In this document: one piece after another, positions 56,326 to 64,000 of the stretch
Layout of the letters: every line of letters begins with the position of its first letter
How positions within the stretch are numbered: the first letter of the stretch is position 1
DNA from: an uncultured Phascolarctobacterium sp.
Lineage (GTDB): Bacteria; Bacillota; Negativicutes; Acidaminococcales; Acidaminococcaceae
Direction of reading: 5' to 3'
Assembly: GCA_900547415.1 (NCBI GenBank)
Contig: URGS01000004.1
Span: forward strand, 26,389-90,388
Length of the DNA: 64,000 nucleotides
The notes under the pieces: generated by a model
What the model was told of the DNA's origin: nothing
Database searches by the model: none
What the model saw: the letters and a program-made list of their open reading frames with translations, nothing else
Translations under genes and position numbers: made by a program

Positions 56326-57378
56326 ATGATAGAAACAATGCGTTGGGAAAAGGGAAAGCTGTTGCTGTTGGACCAGACTAAGCTTCCTCAAAGTACTGAA
56401 ATAATTGTTTGTGAGGATTATAAACGTGTCAAAACAGCTATTGAACGTTTAGAGGTCAGAGGTGCTCCTGCTATTGGTGCAGCTGCTGCCTATGCTATGG
56501 TTTTAGGTGCGAAGGAGGCTGGCAACAGACCCGATTTTATCGGTACTTTGTCTAAGATAAAGGATAATTTGATTTCCGCAAGACCTACGGCTGTAAATCT
56601 TTCCTGGGCCGCTGAAGAGGTTTTTTCAGCAGCTAAAAGCTTATACGAGTCTGACTATGCCCCTTTTCAGATATACGATGAACTGGAGATGGTAGCTGAT
56701 TATATCTATCAAACAGATATAATGAATAACCAGCGTATGGGTAAATTTGGTGCAGCTGTATTGCCGGAGAAGGCTGTTGTACTGACTCATTGCAACGCTG
56801 GTGCCTTAGCTACATGTGGTTGGGGTACAGCTCTCGGAGTATTGCGTGAGGCTTATCAGCAGGGAAAGCTGGAAATGGTGTATGCTGATGAAACCAGACC
56901 CTTGCTGCAGGGTGCAAGACTGACAGCCTATGAGCTGTGTGAGGATAATATTCCTGTCACACTTATTACCGACAATATGGCAGCATGGACCATGAAAACA
57001 AAGGGTATTAATGCTGTAGTTGTTGGTGCAGACAGAATTGCTTCTAATGGTGATACTGCGAACAAGATTGGTACCTATGGTGTTGCTTTAGCAGCCAAGG
57101 CTCATGGCATACCATTTTATGTTGCTGCACCTGTCAGCACCTTTGATTTTACTATAGAAGATGGTTCAGAAATTCCTATTGAGGAACGCAAGGGTGAGGA
57201 AATTAAGCGTTTCCGTAGCGAGGTAACAGCACCTGAAAAGGCGCTAACCTTTAATCCAGCCTTTGATGTTACACCTGCCAAATTAATTACAGGCATTATT
57301 ACGGAGTATGGCGTTATAACTGCGCCCTATATAGAAAATATTAAGAAATTGCAAGAGCAATACAAGGAGGAACAATAA
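56326..57378 (+). CDS. mtnA: S-methyl-5-thioribose-1-phosphate isomerase (eIF-2B alpha/beta/delta-like)
   Basis: 350 aa; MtnA/eIF2B family pattern (WEKGKLLLLDQTKLP..., GADRIASNGDTANKIGT). Confidence 0.85.
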   Translation: MIETMRWEKGKLLLLDQTKLPQSTEIIVCEDYKRVKTAIERLEVRGAPAIGAAAAYAMVLGAKEAGNRPDFIGTLSKIKDNLISARPTAVNLSWAAEEVFSAAKSLYESDYAPFQIYDELEMVADYIYQTDIMNNQRMGKFGAAVLPEKAVVLTHCNAGALATCGWGTALGVLREAYQQGKLEMVYADETRPLLQGARLTAYELCEDNIPVTLITDNMAAWTMKTKGINAVVVGADRIASNGDTANKIGTYGVALAAKAHGIPFYVAAPVSTFDFTIEDGSEIPIEERKGEEIKRFRSEVTAPEKALTFNPAFDVTPAKLITGIITEYGVITAPYIENIKKLQEQYKEEQ

Positions 57379-57381
57379 TTC

Positions 57382-58626
57382 ATGGAAAGTATGATTAAAG
57401 ACATTAACTTAGCACCTCTCGGTCATCAAAGAATTGCATGGGCTAAGGAATATATGCCTTTGTTGAATATTCTTAACGAAAAATATAGTGAGACTAAGCC
57501 CTTTGCTGGCTTGAATATGATTGTTACCATTCATCTGGAGGCAAAAACTGCTTACCTGGCACAGGTCCTGAAAAATGCAGGTGCTAATGTTGTTGTAACC
57601 GGCAGTAATCCTCTTTCCACTCAGGATGAAATTGCAGCGGCTTTAGTTGACAGTGGTATTACCGTGTTTGCAACTCATGGCTGCACTAATGAAGAATACG
57701 ATATGTATCTGCGTGAAGCTTTGAAGGTTGAACCTGATCTGATTATCGATGATGGTGGCGATCTGGTAAACATGCTCCATGGTGAACGTCGTGATTTGAT
57801 TGCAAAGCTGATTGGCGGTAGTGAGGAAACCACTACTGGTGTACATCGTTTGAAAGCTCTCGAAGCTGCTGAGCATTTGGCATTTCCGATGATTGCTGTT
57901 AATGATGCGTACTGCAAATATCTGTTTGATAACCGTTATGGTACTGGTCAATCCTCTCTGGATGGCATTATTCGTACTACTAATATGTCCATTGCTGGCA
58001 GAACCGTTGTTGTTGCAGGTTATGGCTGGTGTGGTAAGGGTGTAGCTATGCGTGCCAAAGGTATGGGTGCAAACGTTATTGTAACCGAAGTTGATCCTAT
58101 TAAGGGTGTAGAGGCTGTGTTTGACGGTTTCCGCGTAATGCCTATGCAGGATGCTGCTAAAGAAGGCGACATCTTCATTACTGTAACTGGCTGCAATGAT
58201 GTAATCACCAAACCTCATATGGAAGTTATGAAAAATGGTGCTGTAATGTGCAACGCTGGCCACTTCGACGTTGAGGTTAATAAGAACCACCTGGAAGAAC
58301 TGTCTGTCAAGGAGCCCTATGAAGTACGCAAAAACATTGTGACCTATACCATGGCTGACGGCCGTAAGCTGAACCTTTTGGGTGAGGGTCGTCTGGTAAA
58401 CCTGGCTTGTGGTGATGGCCATCCTATCGAGGTTATGGATCTTTCCTTTGCAATGCAGTTCCTGGCAATGAAATACTTGCTTGACCATAAGGGAACTATG
58501 GAAAATAAAGTATATGTTCTTCCTGAAGAGCTGAATACCGAAGTTGCGGCTCTGAAGCTGGCTGCTATGGGTGCTGGTATTGATACCCTCACAGAAGAAC
58601 AAAAGGCTTATTTGGCTGCAGAATAA
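57382..58626 (+). CDS. ahcY: Adenosylhomocysteinase-family hydrolase (short ~415-aa form; SAH or S-inosylhomocysteine hydrolase)
   Basis: 414 aa; NAD-binding GYGWCGKGVAMRAKGMGANVIVTE and catalytic domain pattern of AhcY. Confidence 0.88.
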   Translation: MESMIKDINLAPLGHQRIAWAKEYMPLLNILNEKYSETKPFAGLNMIVTIHLEAKTAYLAQVLKNAGANVVVTGSNPLSTQDEIAAALVDSGITVFATHGCTNEEYDMYLREALKVEPDLIIDDGGDLVNMLHGERRDLIAKLIGGSEETTTGVHRLKALEAAEHLAFPMIAVNDAYCKYLFDNRYGTGQSSLDGIIRTTNMSIAGRTVVVAGYGWCGKGVAMRAKGMGANVIVTEVDPIKGVEAVFDGFRVMPMQDAAKEGDIFITVTGCNDVITKPHMEVMKNGAVMCNAGHFDVEVNKNHLEELSVKEPYEVRKNIVTYTMADGRKLNLLGEGRLVNLACGDGHPIEVMDLSFAMQFLAMKYLLDHKGTMENKVYVLPEELNTEVAALKLAAMGAGIDTLTEEQKAYLAAE

Positions 58627-58707
58627 TTCAATATTTTAGGGACTGTCTTAAAGGCAGGCCCTAAGTATGTTTGTTATATTCTTTATAGATTGTGAGCGAG
58701 GTATGCA

Positions 58708-59370
58708 ATGAAGCTGGAAGAAATCTTAAAGAATGATATAGCTGCAATGGGCAAGCAGTTAATTGCTAAGAATCTTGTGGCTGGTTCATGGGGCAACATC
58801 AGCTGCTTAGTTGATGATGCATCCCTTGTTATCACTCCTTCTGGAATGGGCTATGAAAAGCAGAGGGCAGAGGACATTGTTCTAATAGATTTTGTGGGTA
58901 ATGTCCTTGAAGGCAAGCACTTCCCATCATCTGAGAGTAAGCTTCACACCGCCATCTATCGAGCATGTCCTGAGGCAAAGGCAATAATTCATACCCATAG
59001 TATTTATTCTAGTGCTTTAGCTGCTATGCGTAAACCTATTCCTGCAATAATTGAGGATATTATTCAAATTATTGGCGGACGTGTTAATTGTGCAGAATAT
59101 GCTCTGCCTGGTACAGAAGAGCTGGCAGATAACGCTGTTGCAGCTATGCAGGGACGTAAGGCTGTGCTTTTGGCTAATCATGGTGCTGTTTGTTGGGGCA
59201 CAAGCCTGAATGATGCTTTAATAGTTGCTGAAATACTTGAAAAGGCTGCTCAGATAGCAGTAATCTGTCAGGCGACAGGTGGTGCAGTAGAGCTGTCTCA
59301 GGAGGATGCTGATATAATGCACAGCTTTTACCAGGAGCATTACTCTAAGAGACAAAGTGGTAAGGAATGA
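58708..59370 (+). CDS. Class II aldolase/adducin-family protein: methylthioribulose-1-phosphate aldolase (Ald2-like) or dehydratase (MtnB-like)
   Basis: 220 aa; metal-binding HTHS and later His (IIHTHSIYSS, ANHGAVCWG) typical of FucA/MtnB/Ald2 fold. Confidence 0.75.
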   Translation: MKLEEILKNDIAAMGKQLIAKNLVAGSWGNISCLVDDASLVITPSGMGYEKQRAEDIVLIDFVGNVLEGKHFPSSESKLHTAIYRACPEAKAIIHTHSIYSSALAAMRKPIPAIIEDIIQIIGGRVNCAEYALPGTEELADNAVAAMQGRKAVLLANHGAVCWGTSLNDALIVAEILEKAAQIAVICQATGGAVELSQEDADIMHSFYQEHYSKRQSGKE

Positions 59371-59406
59371 AATTTCTATAAATAAGCACGAAAGGGTGGT
59401 GTTAAT

Positions 59407-60690
59407 TTGAGTAAGGTATTAATTAAAAATATTGAATTATTAAACACTCCTAATGGTGAAATGTACTGCATTGCAGTTCAGGATAAGAAAATTGTTGCTA
59501 TCGGTAAGGAGGCTCCTGCCGATTTCGTAGCAGACGAAGTTGTAGATGGTAAGGGTAAGCTGGCTACTGCCGGTATGGTAAATACTCATGGTCATGTTTC
59601 TATGACACTTCTACGCAGCTATGCAGATGACATGGCTCTTATGGATTGGCTGGAAAACAAGATTTGGCCTATCGAAGCAAAAATGGATGCTGAGGATATT
59701 TATTGGGGTGCAATGCTTGGCATTGTGGAAATGCTTAAGGGTGGCACTACTGCCTTTGCGGATATGTATGGTCCTTATATGGAGCGTGTAGCTGAGGCTG
59801 TTGCAGAAACCGGTATGCGTGCCAACCTTTGTCGAGGTCTGATTGGATTAGCACCTGATAAAGATGTAAAGCTGGCTGAAAACGATGCTTTGGCTGAGAG
59901 CTGGCAAAACTATGATGAAGGTCGTATTCGTGTAAGCTATGGTCCCCACGCTCCCTATACCTGTCCTTTAGATTATTTGGAGAAGGTTATTGCAGCTGCT
60001 AAAAATCATAATGCTGAGCTGCAAATGCATCTTTGCGAAACCAAGTTTGAGGTAGAAAGCTACAAAAAAGAGCATGGTATTACTCCCATCGAAATGATGG
60101 ACAAACTGGGTATGTTTGATTTAGTTACCATTGCAGCTCACTGCGTACACCTGACCGATAATGATATGGATATTATGGCTGCAAAGAATGTGCGTGTAGC
60201 CCATAATCCGCAAAGTAATTTGAAGCTGGCAAGTGGTATTGCCCCTGTCGAGAAAATGCTGGCTAAGGGTATTGTTGTTGGTTTAGGTACCGATGGTGCT
60301 TCCAGTAACAACAATCTTGATATGTTAGAGGAATGTCGTGCAGCAGCTATGCTCCATAAAGCTACCAGCTTTGATCCGTTAGTAGTTCCTGCGGCAAAAG
60401 CTTGGGATATGGCTACTGTTGATGGTGCAAAGGTATTAGGCTTTAAGGACTGCGGTAAGCTTGAAGCCGGTCAGCAGGCAGACATTGTTCTGTGGGATAT
60501 GCATAAGCCTTACTGGTATCCCCGCCACAACAAGCTGTCCCTCTTAGTATATGCAGCAAGTGCCTACGATGCAGATACTGTATTTGTAGCAGGCCGTAAG
60601 GTTGTTGAGCAGGGCAGACTTGTAACCTTTGATGAAGAAAAAATTTACGCAGAAGCAGAGGCTTGTGCTAAAAGGTTATTAACTAAATAA
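59407..60690 (+). CDS. mtaD: 5'-methylthioadenosine/S-adenosylhomocysteine (and likely 5'-deoxyadenosine) deaminase, amidohydrolase family
   Basis: 427 aa; TTG start after GGTGGTG; metal-binding HGH (MVNTHGHVSMTLLR) and MtaD/DadD-like overall pattern. Confidence 0.8.
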   Translation: MSKVLIKNIELLNTPNGEMYCIAVQDKKIVAIGKEAPADFVADEVVDGKGKLATAGMVNTHGHVSMTLLRSYADDMALMDWLENKIWPIEAKMDAEDIYWGAMLGIVEMLKGGTTAFADMYGPYMERVAEAVAETGMRANLCRGLIGLAPDKDVKLAENDALAESWQNYDEGRIRVSYGPHAPYTCPLDYLEKVIAAAKNHNAELQMHLCETKFEVESYKKEHGITPIEMMDKLGMFDLVTIAAHCVHLTDNDMDIMAAKNVRVAHNPQSNLKLASGIAPVEKMLAKGIVVGLGTDGASSNNNLDMLEECRAAAMLHKATSFDPLVVPAAKAWDMATVDGAKVLGFKDCGKLEAGQQADIVLWDMHKPYWYPRHNKLSLLVYAASAYDADTVFVAGRKVVEQGRLVTFDEEKIYAEAEACAKRLLTK

Positions 60691-60737
60691 CTATGCAATG
60701 CCATTAAAAGCGAGAAAATGACATTGGAGGAGAAAAT

Positions 60738-61580
60738 ATGGCAAAAATTATTGAAAAAGCAAATATTGCTGAAGCAGTGTATGAATTTGTTGTAGATGCA
60801 CCGTTGGTTGCTCATAAATGTCGCCCTGGTCAATTCGTTATTATCCGTACTGACGAATTCAGCGAGCGTGTACCCCTGACTATTGCTGATTTCGACCGTG
60901 AAAAGGGATATATAACTCTTATTGTACAAGCAGTAGGTAATTCTACCAGACATTTATGTGATACCTTTGAGATTGGTGATGATATTCTGGATGTAGTTGG
61001 TCCTTTAGGTCAGCCTTCTGAAATGGGTAATTTTGGTACTGTTGTTGTTGTGGGCGGCGGTATTGGTGTAGCTCCTGTTTATCCTATTGCACGTGCTTAT
61101 CATGAGTTGGGTAACAAGGTAATTTCCATTATCGGTGCTCGTAATAAAGATTTGATTATTTGGCAGGATAAAATGGCTGCAATCAGTGACGAGGTTATTA
61201 TTACTACTGACGATGGCAGTGCTGGCCACAAAGGCTTTGTAACTGATCCTTTGAAGGAAATGCTGGAAAAAGGTGAAAAGATTGACCTTGTATTGGCCAT
61301 TGGTCCTGTAATCATGATGAAAAACGTTGCAGCTGTAACTAAGCCCTTTGGCGTAAAAACAACTGCTAGTCTGAATACTATTATGGTAGATGGTACTGGT
61401 ATGTGTGGCGGCTGTCGTGTTAATGTTGGTGGCGAAAACAAATTTGCCTGCGTAGATGGTCCTGAATTCGACGCTCATCAGGTAGATTTTGCTAATCTGC
61501 TCATGCGTCAGCAGATGTATAAGAACCAGGAGTCTCTGGAATATAGCTGCGGAGGTCATTGCAAATGCGTGGAGGAATGA
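60738..61580 (+). CDS. nfnA: NADH-dependent reduced ferredoxin:NADP+ oxidoreductase subunit A (PyrK-like FAD/[2Fe-2S] subunit; SudB-like)
   Basis: 280 aa; FAD/NAD-binding fold and C-terminal cysteine cluster GMCGGCRV...FACVDGP. Confidence 0.85.
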   Translation: MAKIIEKANIAEAVYEFVVDAPLVAHKCRPGQFVIIRTDEFSERVPLTIADFDREKGYITLIVQAVGNSTRHLCDTFEIGDDILDVVGPLGQPSEMGNFGTVVVVGGGIGVAPVYPIARAYHELGNKVISIIGARNKDLIIWQDKMAAISDEVIITTDDGSAGHKGFVTDPLKEMLEKGEKIDLVLAIGPVIMMKNVAAVTKPFGVKTTASLNTIMVDGTGMCGGCRVNVGGENKFACVDGPEFDAHQVDFANLLMRQQMYKNQESLEYSCGGHCKCVEE

Positions 61581-61588
61581 GAAATGCA

Positions 61589-62956
61589 ATGCCGGAACAA
61601 CCGGCAAATGTTCGTAATAAAAACTTTGAAGAAGTAGCCTTAGGCTATACTAAAGAAATGGCAGTTGACGAAGCACAGCGTTGTTTGAATTGCCCTAAAC
61701 CACGCTGCGTAAGCGGTTGTCCTGTAAATGTAGAAATACCCGCATTTATTCAGGCAGTTGCTCACGAGGACTTTGCGGAAGCAATTAAAATTCTGAAACG
61801 CAAAAACAGTCTGCCTGCTGTTTGCGGACGTGTTTGCCCTCAGGAAAACCAATGCGAAAGCAAATGCGTACTTGGCATTAAGGGCGAATCCGTTGCGATT
61901 GGCCGCTTGGAACGTTTTGTTGCTGATTATGCACGCGAAAATGGTATTGATGTTACTAAGGCTGACGATGTAGTTCCCAATGGCAAAAAGGTCGCTATTG
62001 TAGGCAGTGGTCCTTCTGGACTGACCTGTGCAGGCGATTTAGCCAAACTCGGTTATGATGTAACCCTGTTTGAAGCACTTCATGCAGCTGGTGGCGTTCT
62101 GATGTATGGTATTCCTCAGTTCCGTCTGCCTAAAGAGATTGTGCAGCATGAAATTGCTGCTCTCAAGGAGCTTGGAGTTAAAATTGAGGTTAACTCTGTA
62201 ATCGGTCGTACCTTTACCATTAAGGAATTGATGGAAGAAGAAGGCTTTGATGCAGTTTATGTTGGTACTGGTGCTGGTCTGCCGCATTTTATGCATATTG
62301 ATGGCGAAAACCTGAACGGTGTATACTCTGCCAACGAATTTCTGACTCGTGTAAACCTGATGAAGGCCTACGAATTCCCCAATTTAGCAACTCCTGTATA
62401 CGTTGGTAAGAAGGCAGCTATTGTAGGTGCTGGCAACGTAGCTATGGACGCAGCTCGTACTGCTAAACGTCTTGGTGCAGAGCATGTATATATTGTTTAT
62501 CGTCGTGGTGAGGACGAAATGCCTGCTCGTAAGGAAGAAATTGGCCACGCTAAGGAAGAGGGAATCGAGCTTCGACTTTTGAACAACCCTGTAAGCATTA
62601 AAGGTGATGAAAAAGGCTGGGTAAATGGTCTGGAATGCGTAAAAATGGAGCTGGGTGAAGCAGATGCCAGTGGTCGCCGTAGTCCTGTAGCTATTGAGGG
62701 CAGTGAATACATTCTTGATGTAGATATGGTTGTAATGGCTATTGGTCAAGGTCCCAATCCTTTGATTAAGCAAACTACTCCTAATTTAGAGGTTAATAAA
62801 CGTGGTAACATCGTAGCTGATGAAGCAGGTGCAACCTCCATTCCAGGCGTATTTGCCGGTGGTGACATCGTAACTGGTGCTGCAACCGTAATCTCTGCAA
62901 TGGGTGCAGGCAAGCGTGCAGCTGTTGCCATTGATGAGTATTTAAAAAATAAATAG
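61589..62956 (+). CDS. nfnB: NADH-dependent reduced ferredoxin:NADP+ oxidoreductase subunit B (GltD-like, 2x[4Fe-4S] + FAD + NAD(P))
   Basis: Start ATG 61589 12 nt after GGAGGA (earlier in-frame ATGs overlap nfnA); N-terminal Cys motifs CLNCPKPRC...CPV, two Rossmann GxGxxG motifs (VGSGPSGL, VGAGNVAMD). Confidence 0.85.
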   Translation: MPEQPANVRNKNFEEVALGYTKEMAVDEAQRCLNCPKPRCVSGCPVNVEIPAFIQAVAHEDFAEAIKILKRKNSLPAVCGRVCPQENQCESKCVLGIKGESVAIGRLERFVADYARENGIDVTKADDVVPNGKKVAIVGSGPSGLTCAGDLAKLGYDVTLFEALHAAGGVLMYGIPQFRLPKEIVQHEIAALKELGVKIEVNSVIGRTFTIKELMEEEGFDAVYVGTGAGLPHFMHIDGENLNGVYSANEFLTRVNLMKAYEFPNLATPVYVGKKAAIVGAGNVAMDAARTAKRLGAEHVYIVYRRGEDEMPARKEEIGHAKEEGIELRLLNNPVSIKGDEKGWVNGLECVKMELGEADASGRRSPVAIEGSEYILDVDMVVMAIGQGPNPLIKQTTPNLEVNKRGNIVADEAGATSIPGVFAGGDIVTGAATVISAMGAGKRAAVAIDEYLKNK

Positions 62957-63035
62957 GACATATAATATAACAATGTTATGCGTACATTTATGTTTTGTAC
63001 GTTTAACATGTGGAAGAGCTTTAAACGAGTTAATT

Positions 63036-63070
63036 AACGCCGTTGGAACTGATTTTCCGACGGCGTTTTT
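63036..63070 (+). terminator. Intrinsic terminator after nfnB
   Basis: AACGCCGTTGGAA-ctgat-TTCCGACGGCGTT followed by TTTTT. Confidence 0.8.
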
Positions 63071-63163
63071 ACGTATAAAATTGGCATTTTATCTGTGTAA
63101 TTTTGTAGATTTTTATCGGTGTATCTTAACGAAGATGTAGAATTAAGATAATTCTCATCAGAA

Positions 63164-63190
63164 GAAACACGTATTCGCGATACGTGTTTC
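63164..63190. repeat. Perfect 11-bp inverted repeat GAAACACGTAT-tcgcg-ATACGTGTTTC in pduL upstream region
   Basis: Read directly; not followed by a U-tract on either strand, so more likely an operator or structural hairpin than a terminator. Confidence 0.5.
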
Positions 63191-63436
63191 CAAAAATCGA
63201 TGTGAAAGGCTTTTTTTATTGCCTTTTTGAGATTAAATGTTCTTTGACAACCACATAGAGAACAGAAAGACCTAAACTAGATGTCTAGTGTTAATGCTGC
63301 ACCTAGAGCTTCGCTAATGTGTATTTTCAAATTCTCTGTGAATCATAGACTTACATCTGTAAATTTTATAGCATATATATACTATCTTATGTTATAATAT
63401 TATAAAGATTCAAAATAAAATTATGAGGTGGTATAC

Positions 63437-64000
63437 ATGCATTTTCCGTTAATTTTAGGTGTTTCTGCTCGTCATGCTCATCTGTGCCGTGAGCATATGG
63501 ATATTCTTTTTGGTGAAGGCAGCGAGCTTCATGTGAAGAAAGAAATTGGTCAACCTGGTCAATATGCTTCTGAAGAGCAAATTACTTTGGTTACTGGTAA
63601 GGATCAAATGAAGCTGCGTATTATTGGACCTCTGCGTCCGTATACTCAAATTGAGCTGGCTATGACTGATGCTCGCAAGCTGGGTTTGCAGCCTCCTATC
63701 CGTATCAGCGGTGATTTAGAAGGCTCCTGCGGCGGCAAGCTTATCGGTCCCTGTGGTGAAGTTGAAATTGACAAGGGTATTATTGTTGCTGCACGTCACG
63801 TACATCTGTATCCTGAAACAGCTGAGAAATATGGCCTGAAAAATGGTGATGTTGTTGATATTCAAACTGAAGGTCAACGTTCCCTTACTCTGCATAACGT
63901 AATTGTTAGAACCAGTGTTAAGGATGCCGACGAGGTTCATATTGATACTGACGAGGCAAACGCTTGCAACTTAGATAGTGATGCTATGGTTAATATCGTA
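63437..64000 (+). CDS. pduL: Phosphate propanoyl/acetyl-transferase PduL (5' partial, runs off window end)
   Basis: ATG 63437 after GAGGTGG; translated by hand: MHFPLILGVSARHAHLCREHMD...IIVAARHVHLYPETAEKYGL - two PduL-type repeats each with the characteristic ARH(A/V)HL motif. Confidence 0.8.
   Translation, partial: MHFPLILGVSARHAHLCREHMDILFGEGSELHVKKEIGQPGQYASEEQITLVTGKDQMKLRIIGPLRPYTQIELAMTDARKLGLQPPIRISGDLEGSCGGKLIGPCGEVEIDKGIIVAARHVHLYPETAEKYGLKNGDVVDIQTEGQRSLTLHNVIVRTSVKDADEVHIDTDEANACNLDSDAMVNIV

Overview
This 64-kb window is a chromosomal segment of a low-GC anaerobic Firmicute. Gene content and fusions such as ispH-rpsA point to a Clostridia/Negativicutes-type organism, but that is an inference. 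It is almost entirely plus-strand. I can support about 60 protein genes, one tRNA-Pro(GGG), roughly 13 intrinsic terminators and a few sigma-70-type promoters. Housekeeping backbone: rimP(3' end)-nusA-ylxR-L7Ae-infB-rbfA-nrnA-truB-ribF; rpsO; dprA-topA-trmFO-xerC-codY; trpS; scpA-scpB-rluB; cmk-plsC-ispH::rpsA-fni; DUF512 radical SAM-cobO-der-plsY; ACT-hom-thrB; prfC. Accessory modules: (1) a BNR beta-propeller protein plus an orphan TctC lipoprotein where pnp normally follows rpsO; (2) a stripped-down six-gene Hyf-type group-4 [NiFe] hydrogenase (hyfB-C-E-F-G plus a fused hyfH-hyfI gene) followed by satP; (3) a minus-strand island with orphan hydF and a short pncB-like gene; (4) a DcuS/CitA-type two-component system whose kinase start lies inside the prfC stop region; (5) a tagA-psd-pssA-GT2 membrane lipid cluster; (6) a SAM by-product salvage cluster (mtnP-mtnA-ahcY-class II aldolase-mtaD, DHAP-shunt-like); (7) nfnAB; (8) the 5' part of pduL. 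I found no CRISPR array, integrase, transposase, toxin-antitoxin or recognisable anti-phage system, and no large unexplained ORF. I therefore cannot point to a convincing wholly novel system. The most unusual things I can actually see are the minimal Hyf hydrogenase (HyfH-HyfI fusion, HycE ending exactly at the mature C-terminus, no hyfA/fdhF/hyp nearby), the integrated SAM-by-product salvage cluster, the orphan DcuS-type system coupled to prfC, an uncharacterised acidic zinc-ribbon protein after the tRNA, and several long perfect palindromes in promoter regions.
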